Assembly: GCF_001949145.1 (NCBI RefSeq)
Contig: NW_019091356.1
Location: 3,454,934 to 3,518,933 of the forward strand
Source: Acanthaster planci
Lineage: Eukaryota
Direction of reading: 5' to 3'
DNA: 64,000 bases
In this document: positions 38,301 to 53,300 of the stretch, piece after piece
Layout: each line of letters begins with the position of its first letter
Position numbering within the stretch: position 1 is the first letter of the stretch
Notes under the pieces: model-generated
Database searches by the model: none
What the model was told of the DNA's origin: nothing
What the model saw: only the letters and a program-made list of their open reading frames with translations
Position numbers and translations under genes: made by a program

Positions 38301-41300
38301 TTCCCTCCGGTGAAACAGAGAGAAAAGCTTTTAACAAAATAACTGGACGAGATCTGAAAAAAAAGAAGAAAACCAGTTAATCCAAATAATTGAGAATATA
38401 CAACAAATGATTGAATACTAACCTAACAAAGGTTTGGCTTTTTAATTTTTTTTCCACACAATAACAAACTTTCACACAATAACGAACACTTTTAAAATAT
38501 TTACGTGAAATTAAAAATATCCCATGTTCCAGTCAATTTCTAGCAAGGGAATTTTCCCTCGAGACTTATTAAAAAACTAGTTCCTTTCTCAAGCTCAAAG
38601 AATAAAGTAAAAGTGATTCCCTTGTTTAATCAAAATGGATGATGGAAGTCTTGATTGCATCATCTGTCCTTACCGTACGAGTACTGCTAAATCTGAGTTC
38701 TGGGCTCCAATTAACAGATCTGCGAGACAGAGGACAATATGGTAAGACGGTTGATGAATTGGGAAAGAAATGAATAGAACCTGACAGAGTCCACACGATG
38801 AATACTAGAAACGATTGGAACCTTTGAGTATTAAAGTGCTCACATGCTTTAAGAATGAAATTGTGTGGATGAAGGGTAACGCAGCACCTCAACCGCAGTG
38901 ACACTTTGCCAGCACTCCAAAGCCTAAGACTACAGCTTGTAGGTAAAGGCCGGTTCATACTTGGGAGTGAAAGCGAACACAAATGCGAATTTGTGACGTC
39001 AAATCAAATATTCACGTTGCAAATTTGTAAAAGGTTGAGCACAGTTCAACTCGAGAGAAATTTCCCTGCAAAGGTGTGACATCAAGTTTGCTTCGCTTTT
39101 GTATTCGCCTGAAGTATGAACTGGCCTTTAGGCAGTCTTCATACATCCTGACTGTGGCTAGAGAAAGCACGCCCGTCCACAGAAGACACTGGCTAGAGGC
39201 TACGGCCTCTTCCCATAAACATGTGCATTATTTGAAGCCACAACCACAACGTTTGGGACACGGCCCAAGAATGGTGGCACGTTTTTCAACAGAATTCTTC
39301 ACCTTTTTTTGCATTCAGTTCTCGGGCGAGGCATAACTGGCACTGCCTACCTGGGTACTTATTTTTGTCCATGTCCAGCCCTCCAGACAAAGCGTAGCCA
39401 AATGTTGTCACATTCTGAAGGTTGAAATCAGCTGCTCTCAAAACCTGACGTAAAATACAAAAGAACACCTATTTCTCCAATCCAAACAAGTGGCGACCAG
39501 GCAAACAGAAACAATCAGGACAAGGCGCGTACATGGCGACTGAAATATTTTTGTCTCACTAGGAACTACAATAAGAAAGTGGTCAACAGTATTACAACTC
39601 AGTTTACTTTAAAACTGGACGCTGAACTCAAAATCAGTTCCTGGCAACACGAGATGCACTTTTTAGCATCAGACTGGTTTGCTTTCAGTACATATGATTA
39701 CTAGAGACACACTGGCTGTCGAAGTCAGACAGGGCCCGAAATTTAAATCCTGTCCAACCAACTGGGCAGACCAACAACCCAGGGCTATGTACAAGGTTTA
39801 GTTGATTAGTACTGCAGTGGCAAGCTATTCCCGTGGTCTGAAGTCCGACGCCCCCTATCGTCAGTCTTCTTCGTTCAGCCCACAACCAACTGGCTAGTGC
39901 GTTCACCTACCTGCGTGCTCCTGAGCCGCAGTCCGTCTGGTGTCCCAAGGTGGATGAATACCACACCTTCCTGGTTGTCACCCTGGTATGGTGCCCCGAT
40001 GGCTACGTCTGTCATAAACGATGATTTGAACACGGCCTTAGTCTGTTTCTGTTCAAAAGCCACGGCTGTGGCTAAAAATAGCACATCTACCACCGGGGAG
40101 CCACTGGCTTGCTGTGTCTGACAACAGACCAATGAAATGGGAGGAATGCTCATAAATATGTATGAAGTGTAATAAAAGCCAGTTCTTACCATTGTAACTG
40201 TCCTGGTTGACATCTCCTAACGACGTGATGGATGACCCCAGCCGTGACCTTATCATCTCACCGGTGATAGTACTTGGTTCAGAAAAACTATGCTGTAATC
40301 CCCCAAAAAACCAAAATCCAAAAGTCAAACCATTTTTGTGTATTTTTTTAAACACAAACCTCTTGTAAAATACACCTTTGTTTCTCCATTAACTTTGCTG
40401 TCAATTTTTTTCACAATTTCAAAGAGTCTTTTGGTTCCCTTGTTGCTTGTATGCTAATGAGTATTTCCATATTCATGAGCAAAACTGTGATGTCACTTTA
40501 GGAAGAATTCCTCAATGTTCCATTGGTTTCTCCACAAACAACTGCTGATTGTTTTTTTTTACAAATGTTAGTTTTTCTAATTGTGTCCAAAAAAGTCTCC
40601 GCCACTACACTTCAAGTCATGGCTAAGATTGTTTTTGAAACAAGACACATTGCTTGCATCAGCATTTCTCTGATCCGTAATGATATTTTACAAAGCTCCA
40701 AAAATCTTGACGCAAACCCTCACCGTGTTAAAGCTAACACACCGAAAGCTCCTTAAAAAGAGGATTTTGCACAACTAAGGACAGTACACCCTTCCAACGT
40801 TACCTAACATGGGGTACAATCCTAGAAAGAGCCACTGGTCTAGTGTAAGAGGTTTTGTCCGGATTCAGGAAGATTCAAGACGGCCTCGGATTAAAGGGAA
40901 ACTTTTCAATTAACGTTTACGAAAAATGGAACTGAAGGACTCACATCTGCATTTTGGTAGTAAATGTACACCCTCCCTGCCTCCCATTTCTCAACCGTTG
41001 TCCGCCTGTCAGAGAACATGGGTGCTCCAACGATGACATCATCCAACCTGCAATGAGTATAAACCCAGGCAACAGCTTAAACAGAATTCATGTCACTAAA
41101 TTCAGACTTTTTTTTCAGGTGACTCTCTGAGTCACTGTCTCAGCTTCCTTGTCAAGCAAAGCTCTTCAGATGACTCCCCGTTGCCAAGGTAACAAATGAT
41201 ATCTCATCCTGAGGGAACAGGTAAGATTTTGTGGTCAATAAGATGGAGTGGTCGTCATGCCAACATGGTTATGTTACAGCACAGCCTTTTCAACTTTACA

Positions 41301-44300
41301 AACTCCAACGTGACAAAAACATCTAAATATGCTTGTCGCCCCGAAGAAGAATTTTTGCGCCAGTTGCCATGACAACTGTAAAATTCACTTTGGGGCAAAC
41401 TCAATTGATGCCCACCTCCTCGCCAGTGCTAGGATTATATTTACTCCTGGACCAGGTTTGGCTGGGGGTTGGCCGAAAGTCTAATGCAGCTGACTCCAGA
41501 GGGGATGTACACTAATGCACAGATGATGGCATTTCTGGATACGGCCACTGTTCGCAAATTCCCTTTTTGCCCTTCCCAAAGTAATCATTATTTACACGGC
41601 AAACTGAGTTCTCTCGCGAGAGCTTACAGCGGGGTAAAAAAAAAGGAGCTCTACACCCACGCTTTGCTGCTTTCCAACTAGTGAAGCCAATCCAGTGAAA
41701 ATCCTGCCGTCTCACCTCTGACCATCTGACAGAGCTCTTGTCCCCGAAGGTTCTAATGGAGGTGTACGGCGAGAGCGGCAGTGAGCCAACTCAAATAGCC
41801 AAAAGAACACCAAAAATAACAAACATCACTACAACTATCAGGGAGGTGAAACCGGCGAGCGTCAATCCTAGCAACACAGGCAATGTAAACGTTGACAAAT
41901 GGCCACAAGGACAACAAACGCTCCCAACTGAGAGCCTCGCGTCGACGAGGCATGTTGACAGCAAAGTGCTGGACTAACACATCTGGGACTGCTCCGGTTG
42001 GCCACTCTAAGAAGTCTGAACCCATCCAGCACTCCACAAATGCATATCACTTGTTCAGTCAATTTCCCCCGTGAAACTAGCTTCCTCCCATCAAAGTCAT
42101 CGGGATGAATCGATGACCAAACAAAATATTGACCGACGCAACGTGCTGTCAGCTCCATGCAGAGAGAAGAACACACGTTGAATACTGAATACGATCCCAC
42201 ATGCTTTTTTTTTTTTCTAGAAACACAGCTCTTCTGGTCCAGCACAAAATGCAGAGTTGTGGCTTCACGTTAAACTATGAAAAGAAAATACTTGTATAAT
42301 GGAGGTTGTTCCTCCTGTAAAAACAAACAAAACAAGTGTATGGGAAATTTATAAATTTGAAGAGAAGTTTAGGACCCCTATTTTTCCACATTTTGTAAAA
42401 TGAACATGGGAAACTAAATTCACAACATTTTACAGTAACCAAGCAAAGGTCTGGGAAAGTACCTTAACCACCAAACTACAATTCAGGCACAAATCCTCCG
42501 TGAGGGAGCACAAAGGGAAGGTCGGTTTCAATGAATCAACGCCCCCTTTGCTGTCATGCGTAAGGGAATTTTCGTTCTCTGCTAACGTAGCATGCTTACC
42601 CGTCATTATTGACGTCTTCAGCGACCACTGCATAGCCAAAGTATGAGGCAATCTGCTCCCCTTGCAATTCTGCAAGGGGTTGCAAGTCCTTGTCAAAGAT
42701 GGTGACCTGAATGGCAAAGGAAACATCGATAGTGAGTTAGCTTAACTTTGCAATATTTGGGTTCATTCAAAGTAGGGCCCTAGCAATTTTCTAGGAGGGA
42801 GCAGCTGGCCTTCCCAAAACTTGTTCTCAGTACCTTGGGATAGTGATGTGAGAGGTTCCAACAAAATGTCTGTGCTTTTTATGGGGAGCAGCGGGGTTAG
42901 AATATGTATCTACAGGAGGGCATATTTTTTGAAGACTGAACTTGGGGGGCATTTTAGGAGATGAAAACATTTTTTGGAACATGTTTCTCAAATATATCAT
43001 TTCCTTGAAAGGTCCTGAACTTTATGGAAGGCTTTGAAGGAGGGGGGGTCAAAAACGAAGGCTTGCTTGACTTGTACGTGACTCCAAACGGGAACAGCAC
43101 TAAATGCTGGTTGTTATGGAATGATTGACAATATTGCTCTTATTTCAGAAACAAAAGCTGAGTATAAACTGAACAAGTGTTCCTTAACAATTGACAAACT
43201 CTTCTTCTTGTAATCAAACGGCCCATCCCTATGTTGATTTGTGAAAAGCCAATCTTCACCGTGTGAAGTGATTACGGAATAAACCCCCCTTACAAGGAAG
43301 AAAATCCACAATTGTGCTACAACAACAACAATGAACGGAATTGACGGGATAAGGCTTCAGGGGGGGGAATTTCCACCTTCAAGACAAAGACCACCAAACA
43401 AACACTCCTCAATCTAAAAAAAAGGAAAACAAACAAGCTGGGTCACTTTCCATTTCCGCTGAAGGCCCGATCGTTTCCCTGCTGTGTTACTCACTTTGCC
43501 TGTCAGATAATTTCCCCTCGGTGCTCCCACGACATACTCGGGTTGGCCGTCACCGGTGAAATCACCCAGTGCCACAGCAAAGCCTGAAACCAAAACACAA
43601 AACCCCAATGAAAAATAATTCATGACTTGCTCCATCTGGTCCATGACTTTTATCCGTGATCCACGTGGCTACAGAGAAGAATGCGTCTGTATTTCTGCTT
43701 CAGAAAGGGGTTGAGAGAGACATCAGTATCAATAACATGCTGTGGGATCTTTTTTTTTTTAAAGGTGGAATCTCTTTTTAAAATTAAAGGCACCGGACAG
43801 TTTGAAGTATTTTGTAGTTCAGCTCCCCCCAAAGAGACATTGATCTTGAAAGTTTCCCTCAAGCTTGAGAAATGTTACAAACTGATCATCCCTTCAGCCT
43901 TGCTTGCCGATTTCTCTGAAACATGGCGAGATTTTCAGAGAAGGTCGACACCCAGAGATTTCTGGCAACCCTCTGGGTGTTTAGCACAGAGTCAATTAGG
44001 TCGTGATTACACGCACGCGTCGGAAGCATGAAAATAAAACCAGAGGTGGTGAAAGTGAAAGGTGATCTTCAGACAAATAAACCAACTTCCTGATGAGAGA
44101 CAGGTGGCCAAGGAAAGTCTCAACTAACACAGCCAAGTGACTCGCGATGCTGCTTCTGAGGACACAATTCCCAACACAGAATGAATAAAAATCTTACCCC
44201 CTTCTGCTCATCATGCTCCCACGAGTTTGGGAGCGTGAGAAATAACTCTAACATCGTACCAGAGATTGTGACCTTACAGGAAACAAATAGACCTTGTCAT

Positions 44301-47300
44301 GTTTACACATTCCTTAATTTTCAGGAAAATAAAAGCTAGACACGGGCCCCTCTTTGCATGTTCGTAGATGTATGGTTCTCCATCGGCATTATGGGCTTGT
44401 ACATTGTTAGTGAGCACATTCGATGCGAACAATGAATTATTCAGTTGACAATAGAGCTGCAGCACCCTCGCTAGCATCTGTGGACTAATGATCCACCTGC
44501 GTCCTCTTTTGTAAGCGCAATGCTGGCGATAAATCACCCAGAGCTTCCGTAGCATGGCAACTAATGCCGCTTTGCCCGACGACAGCGCTTTTTAATCGGC
44601 GTCTCGGTAATGGCCCGCACAGATACAGTTTTACAGAGTTCCATTCCGGGTGATTCAAAACTTGCATTGAGTTGGTCCTAAACGGCCTTTGATGATGTCG
44701 AGTTCAGGGGGGGGAGGAGGAAGGGTAGGGGCAGTTAAAATTTTTAACAAATTTTTTTTAATAAGTTCTCACATTATTTAAAATATTATTTCCATTTTTG
44801 AAAAGATATTAGAGTTCACTGACGAGACACCTTGAGGGAATCAACCCTCGCATAATAGCATTACTTGTGAGGTAGATTACTACTGAAATTCAAGACAACT
44901 AAATTGACAACGACAACAATCCACAGAGTTTAAATGACTAAACATCAGTGACATCAAATAACTGATTTCTATAGTTTAGCCCAGGTTTGCCGTTGCATAA
45001 AACTGCAGGGCCCAGGCACCTAGCACATTGAATCTCGGTCTTGAAACGAGACTATACCATCCTCAATGATGACCGTCTGGAGAGAAGCCTACAATGTGGC
45101 CTTGTCCAAGGTGAGAGCCATAGTAATTGATTGCCTCTCCACAGTTAAGGCAGCGGGCCAAGGCTTTTTCTCCTCCCCATATTTGCTGGTACATTTTTAG
45201 GAGTGGCCGAAGACCACGGGGTCAGCAAGGCAGACAGGTGGTCATTTCAACAGAGCCTACCACAGGCTCAGTAAGAGGATCATGTTTTATTGCTCCAAAT
45301 ATTGGAGAAGCAGGGCAATAAAGTTTTACTGCACATGTGTCTGAGTAATCCCAGTCATACACAAACAAAGCACTCAACATTCTCTCCAATAAGTGCTGTG
45401 GTAATGTTTCGTTATTCAGGGGTCGGTTTCAGGGGTCGGTTTACACCAGCTCCGATCATCTCCTGTTTACCGTGAAATCAATACACTTTTAATTTCTGAT
45501 TAAATGTCTGGCCTTGACCGCACATATATCCTGGAACGGTTTCTCTGTGAACTGACGAGAGGAAATTCTGCAGAAATATTGGCCAGAAAGCACTGCTTTG
45601 TGGAAAAAAACCCCCCAGATTTTCAAAGAACATTTTTTACTGGGAAAGGGGCCGGGAATTGGCAGTTTGAGCTGTGAATGTTAGTCTAATCCCATGCATC
45701 AACCCAACGTACCGATAAACTCGTCAGCAAATTTTTTTTTCTGGCACTGTTACGAAACAAATGGTTTCTGTTACCACCTTGTCAACCTTTCTTTTCTCTG
45801 ATATTACTTCCTCTGCCTCTGCTATATTTATTCTCAAATATAAACATCGAACGGATCTCACTGGGATTTTTCCCAGGGGGTTAAATCTCCCCTTTTTTCC
45901 GAGGGAGGGGGCAAAGTGCTCATCAAATACAAACTGGTAAAAATGACCAGTGTGAAGGGGGCATTTTCGAGCTGTCTCCCACGGGAGACAGGTTCCTCCC
46001 TTTCCTCTTACCATGACGCCCATGCATGCCAATATCAATTTCAATCCAATTTCCATTACAATCAATCAACATCTGAATGCCCGTAGGTTTTTTTTTGTTT
46101 TGTCTTCCTCTGTTCTTTTTCTTTTAGCTTATTCTTATTCACTTCACAATCGAGAGAGTGAACCGATTACATTTTCCATGGACAAAAACGCCTCACCGCT
46201 GTAGCTGTCATCGAACTTCGGGTCCAACTCCGGTGTGGCCAACGGCGCAGCATTCGATGTGAGGTTCTGGACGTAAATTTGACCTGCAATAAGGAAAAAA
46301 AGTAGAAAAACAAAAGGAGAAGAGGCAAAAATAAAAGTAGGTCAGCTGCCTCATGTTGACCCAGGATAAATATTCCCGTCAAACCCCGTGACAACAGCAC
46401 AAACCACTGGAGGGGATATTGACATTTTTGCTGTTATTAAATTTCCTAACATTTGCGACTGATTACCCGTAGGGAGCCCCCACACGAGATGATGACGAAT
46501 GAGCATCATGATGAAGTTTGTACAAGTACGGGTTTGGCTGCCGACTTGTCCTGGTTGGACCGACAAGGTCAGGGAAGGGTCACAGTTGGATGAAGTCTGT
46601 TCTTTTTTAACAAAGACAAGTTCCATTGTTTCGGCCTTGCCGTGAGAACGACCTGCAAAGGACATCTCCTCAACAGTCTGGATGAAAGCTGTCTGTACTG
46701 GAGGACTACCTTTTTACTGAAGAGCCCTTTGCACACTGGTAAACACACGCACACTCACCTTACATACCTACTGTGGACATTCCTGTCTTTTCGCGCAGTT
46801 AAGAAAACTCAGTGAAAATACTCATTTTTCTTGAACTGGGAACACAATTTTCAGCTGGCTTTTTGTACAAGGTTTCCTTGCCTATTCCTCTTTCTTTTAC
46901 GACGGATGACCCCTACCCCAAAATGCCTCTAAACTTCTTTTTCAGAGAAGGGGAAACGTCCTGTGGACGTGTGTAAGTCCACAGAACGTCTTCCTTTCCT
47001 GCATAGTGTGGACATCTTTTGTTCACAAGTCCACACTAGGTATGTAAGGTTAGTGCTAATTGTGTAAACTGTGGACAGTGTGTGCTTGCAAATAAACTGT
47101 CCTTTCAATAGATAACAAGGTGTGTTCCAAAGATCATATGGTGCCGCAAAGCGGCGCAAGATGGTGAACTTCACCGTGAATACACGTAAAACATTGTAAT
47201 CGCATGGGTGCCAATTGAGCAAGCGATACGCCTGCCCAATGCACATTAATGCACAGGTGCAGGTGCCGTAGCAGGCGCCTGCACCTGGTGAGCCTGCGCT

Positions 47301-50300
47301 CAAGCATTACCGTGAACCGCGCAGGCCTATCGTTTGCTAGAATGGCACCCATGGTAATTACACCCTTTGGGCAGAGTTATCCATCTTGCGCCGTAGGTGC
47401 TATACCATCTCTGGTGCTCTCTACTGTCATTGTGCAGAACCTGTTGAGCCTGCGAGTTCTGTGATTGTGACGCAGGTACAAAGCACTAGCATTTGCTAAA
47501 CAGCATTTTGGAGTCTCCTCACAGTAAGTTTTAAGACACATTATCTTAACATGTGCTGAAGTGGTCACAAATATCAATCACTGAAATATTTTTTTAGAAA
47601 GAGGCAGCAGAGCAGTAGTCACGGGTGTGTGACCTAATGATCCTTAATCCTCCTATGGGCCCCCCCCAGCAGGACAAAAGAGAGGGCGTGATTTTCTTGG
47701 CAAGGGATGCTCCTTTGGCAGGAATTTCATTTCGCTGACTATGAAATGCACGCCTTATGGGCGTGTTGCCGCCAACAAAACAGACACTCCTGACCAGCCC
47801 GGGTTAGACTGGATGAGGCGGGTGCTTCTGCTCAAGGCAGATCATTGAAAGATTGACAACTGTGAGGGTTAAGCTTCATGGAAGCCCTCAGTAAGTGTGA
47901 ATACGAGGCCCAGTTCCCGCAAGGACAAGGGTCAAGATTTAAGAGAGACTCTCAGTTTAAACCCTGTACATTTGGATATCAGTCCTTTCCCTTTAACAGC
48001 AAATCTCCGTCAACTCGGTGTCACGCCCTATAGATCCGACCCTGAATGACACATGACCTTTCATATCGCTACCTATTATGGATGGCCATAACTACCTTCA
48101 AAAAAAAAAAGATTCTGTTTTTTTTTTATCTCTCCTTCCCACACACCTGCGGATATCTGTCACTCCACAAAAGGTCACCCGGCTGATCGATATCACAACA
48201 TCGGGGTGAGGGCGTTATGCCTTGGCACTGCCGTGCAGAAGGGGGAGGGGCAGTGGTGTGGCAAGGGAAGGGGAAAGGGGAATGGCAAGGGGAGGGGACA
48301 AAGCAAGGAGGGGAGGGGTGCAGATGAAGAAAACTGTCTGGAAATCTCTCCTTCCATGACCGGAAAATTAAAGTTAAGAAAATTGTTTTCTTTGTTTGAT
48401 AAATTTGCAATAATTTTTACAAGTTGGATTTTGACAACAGTGCTTCCAGGATTTCTCCCCAAGCGGTTTTGGTAACCTGGGGAAAGGAAAGGTGTACATG
48501 TACAAAGGTGGGCGGGGCCCGCGGACCCCACGCATGACAGAGCTGTGATACACTCCAACTGCACTAACACCAGGCACATCAAGCAAACCAGAGGAAGCAT
48601 TTTCAATTTAGCAAATAATACGTAAGTGTGGATTTCCCATCATCTGTTCTTCGAGGAAGTGGTTTAGGGGAAGCACCATGCTGTACATTGCTGAACTATG
48701 TATAAATGTTTACCGGGAAATTGTGGGTTGGGCATGACAGGCACTGGAAGGCTTCAAACCACAAAAAAAGTGCCTCCACCCTTGTTTTGTGGAATGAACA
48801 GCAGACGAAGATCTCAAATGCAGAAAGAAAAATCAGACAGTCCCGTCTTCTCTCTCTCTCTCTCTAAAGCCTTTTAACTCACTCTTACCTTGTAAATAGA
48901 AACTTCCAGCAGCTCCCATAACGAGAGTATCCTGAAAAAAACCCAAATGTTACCAATTTATTAACTGTTAGAAATTTTCCTGGAAACAGAGATTTTGATA
49001 ATAGGTGAAATGAGAACCTGTATCTTTGCATGCCATTTCCAAGTAAATATGCAAAGAGATGAGCAAAAGTCAAATCACCAAATGTCATTGACGTCAGAAA
49101 TACTCAGCACGATCGGCACCAGTATATTTTAGTGAGTAACATCAAGGATGGACTGAGATTCCAATCACAGCCCAAGATTCCCTGTCTGCTTCAGGTCCAA
49201 GATTCTACCGAGTTCAGGTCTTCCCCAACTTCTCCTCCATGTCATTCCAGTTGGAAGCAGTTTAAATCAGTCCCTTCTTCCTAGCATCAAACCAACCATC
49301 AAGAGTTCTGTCCTTTGCTACTTTTAACACAGAGCTTGATAGGGCCAGTATTTTCTCTCTCTTTTTTTGGTCCCTTATTGTGAGCATCATCTTTAATGAA
49401 TGCGGGCGTACATGCGCGTATGCAAATGGAGCTCGCTGTAACCGACTCCAGACTTGATGGCTTTGAAGAAGCGCGACTAACGACCCATGTGCCTCGGCTC
49501 AGGTTTTTCATATGGCATCAGATGATAGACATCTAATCGTTATTTTGCACACAAAAAAAAACACAGAAAAATATACGAGGTGAAAATGTCAGAGGTGGCG
49601 CGGTGAGGCCTCCAACACTGCCATTTAAGAGTTTTCCTGATGCCCAAGCTAATCCGATGTTAAGTCATAAATTTTGAAGAATGTCAGCTGAAAGAAATTA
49701 TAAGGGGGGAGGGAGGGTAGGTACATGCGCTCCGAAGGGAAAAAAAAATTGTAAGCAGATGGTGAGAGATATACTTTGTTGTAGCATTTCTGTGGTGTCT
49801 TTACATGCATCCAAATTCAATTTAGCACCCTCTTTGATAAGCACCGGACTTGGTGAAGTCATTTTGGCTCCCTCATCCCGAATTGACCAATATGTTCCAA
49901 ACAAAGCAAAGACAAACTGCGAGCAGCAACTGCTGAAATTCAGTGAAGCATTTTAGGAAATGCAACTACATGCACTTCAAAATCTGAATCTAATCTCTGA
50001 AAATAAAACGGCATTAACGTAATTCATTCGCGGCATTTACATGATTCAACAAACAACTTTTTTTTCTCCCAAGGAAGAATCCCTCACTCGCAAATGTCAG
50101 ATGTGAATTGATTTCCATCTCAGATGAGACAAGGCTAAAAACGGTTTAAGAAGCCGGAGCTAATTCTGACATTTCCGGGCATTGCCATGGTAACGCACAG
50201 GGGTTTCTTTGCAACGCTTTTCATTAGAAAGAAAGCACCCACTCTCTCTCTCTCACTCTCTCTCTCTCACACACACACGCAGACACAAAGGGTGAAGCGA

Positions 50301-53300
50301 GGCCAGGGACTAACAAGGACTAGTCCCAACACACAGTTCACAGTGGCCATCGTGGGTGGTGATGATGTTACGCATCATCACCGCCGGGTCCCCATCTGCT
50401 GCGGGCTTGCCGACGTTGCAGTGCGCCCGACGCATGAAACCCGATTGTCACTGGGAAAGCGTTGCCGAGGTGCGAATACCCGTTTGCGGTGGGAGGTGAA
50501 GCATAAAAAACTGATGCATTTACGCGTGTACAATCGGCATGTTTAATTCAAGTGACCAGAGTGATGTTTTTTGGCCGCCTAGACGCAGGTGTCGTAATAA
50601 AGGCAAACCTCGAGGGAACACAAGGTGTGAAACGCCAGTGCAACCAATGTTGTTTGAGGGACAGAATCGGTATTTTTAAACATATGAATCAAAGCGAAAT
50701 GATTTTAAAAGCGAGTCATAACAAAGACAAACATTACAAAATCTTGCTAAAATGGTCTTCATTCACTTCCTGTGGAAACACACGTCTTCGAGGGGCCAAA
50801 TGTAAAAGTGTAAATCGCTCTGCATTTCAACATTTAATTTCAAAGTAAGGAAAATCATTTTCAGAGGCAAACTCTACAGGATTTGAAAGACCTCTCCCCA
50901 TCCAAATGATCTGCCATATTCTGTTTTGATGCATACTCATATCTTGATTTGTTTTCATCACGTGTGTGCATGTAATGATCAACCATTGGCACAGGCAACT
51001 CACTGATATGGCAAGTAATTGAGCATAGATATTGTGCACAAACACCCATCTGTTGTGTTCAATCGAGCTTTCAGATCTGAATAAGAAATCAAACCAGCAC
51101 TAAATGCTATTTCTCTAATTTGAGAGAAGGCGGTCATGGTTACTTACTTTGGTAATTTCAGCACTGAAGCCTGCTTGACAATGCGTCACACCTTTGAATC
51201 CCCAGAGTTTAACTGAAATGAACAACAGAATAACACACTGCAAAGTGAACCAAGAAGTTGGGCATTTACATTTCCTCTGGGTGGTTCAGATGCCTTGTGA
51301 CATGATTACCTTCGGATTCTTCCCCTCCAGAAACTTAAAACGGGCAGAAAGCAGTTCCAATTGCCCAGCCACACCGCTGACGTGTTTGCCTGAAAACAGT
51401 CAGGGATGTTTGGAGAAGTCGACTGCACTACTGCAGGATGTTGTTGTATTTGAATAACCCGATCAGATCTTGGCTCAGAGCGCCGAAGTAACAAGAAGCA
51501 TGTACTCTATTCTGGTCTTCCCATCACCCCATCCCACCCCTCCCCCAGCCCTCCCAGGCATACGGAAGAGCCACTTCATCTGTGACTGCTGTTACGCTTT
51601 TGTCCGCATGAGAACAGAAATACCGAGATGGACTTCCACCAACACTCTGGCAGAAGATTTCAGCACTGAACCTTCCCTGCCGATACCNCCCTGCCGATAC
51701 CGGATTCCCCCCCCCCACACACACACAACTCCCCCTCAAGCCACCCCTCTCCCTGCTAAAAACCTCATTTCGGTCCATTAGGCGTTCCGTGCGTCGCGTG
51801 CACCGGGCAGCAGAGGGTGACCCCCTCCCAACCCCCCTTTTTTCTCTCTGCTGAGCCCGGCTGAGTGGCTTCGCCTAGGGGGCAAATCAAGACCCGCACT
51901 TCCGTCCCACTGCGCTGTGTATTGATTGAAACGGGGGGATCCATAAACTCAAACCGACCGACTTGGAGCAGGGACGAAGCTCGACTCGACCAGGGGAAGT
52001 TATCGCTGATTGATTGGAGTCCCCACTCTTCCACACATGTCCCCTTCTCTTCTCCTCGTTGTTTGTTGGTTGAAAGGTGACTGATTTTGTTGTCTTTTCT
52101 TGGCCCCTTGCAAATTGTTCCATCCACTTGTTATTGTTAGGCCCCCGGACATGCAAAGTGTATGAAAAAATACACCGCTGGAGAGATGAACAGCATGAAC
52201 GAGGATACATCAGGTGAAACGGCAGTGCAATGGCTCAGTTCATGAATAAGTGGAGAACGGAGCAGACAATCAAATGAATAAATCCACGCATTATTATGAA
52301 AATGCCTTCCGCTAGTGAACATCTGTGAGATATCAGTTTATCTGTCACATAATCACTGTGTAACCCCCCCCAAAAAAAAGAAATACACAGACACGCACAA
52401 AAAGGAGAGACACACCTAGGCTAAACAACGACGACTTCTGTAAACCAGAATTTTTACATTGACTACAGCATAGTAAAATACCAGAGACACAATGCTTCTA
52501 TGTGGCTAATGACTCTGTATTCCTCCGTCAAATCCCCAAATGAGATTCATTTTTCGACAGAATTGAAACATTTTTTTTTCATTCGATAGCGCTTCAAATT
52601 TCTGAGATTTTTCTCTCTCAAAGCAGCACTACCATGAAACATCACTACGACGTAAATCCTGTTTCCTGAAACAGTCAAGTGGACGCTTTGAAGGTGTGTA
52701 GTATCCAAACGACGACATTTACTTTCAGCGACAAGTTCCAGAACCTTAATTCCCCTTAATAAGCAAACTGAAACAAAAACCAGCAGCCAGTCATACAGAC
52801 TTGAGGACTGTGATATCATTCATCTGCAGTCTGGTATGCAAGTCATGGCATGTTACCAGAATCAGCTTTATGAAAATGTCACAGCGTTTCACACTTCCAT
52901 GCCCAGATTGCACATGACAGGGCAGAACACTACTCCAAGCATGTACAGGTAGGAATTCTAAACTGATGTCGAGTTGGGCATGGTCAACAATTCCATAACA
53001 TCAAGTCAACGTAAACTGCTTTTTTTTCTGTTAAGAAAAAATACAGCATTGCCAAAATACTTCCTGATGCACAACAAGGATGTTGCAATGTCCACAAATA
53101 ACGTGTGGGGATTCTTAAATTCAGAATGGAATATATTTTGGTGACGTGCATTCTGCATTCGTGTCTTGAATAAACGCTGAAGCTGAATTTGTCCTTAATC
53201 CAAACCACGCAAATTCCATTTACACATGTCCCACGCCGTCCGGGAAAGCTGTAACTGGTCCTGAAATTGAATTGCGAGTCTACGACTCTACGACTCTCCC

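Noticed and set aside
44198..44272. Possible alternative (X2-like) integrin exon with a GTAAGA donor
   Set aside because: The required phase 1-to-1 frame contains TGA TGA.
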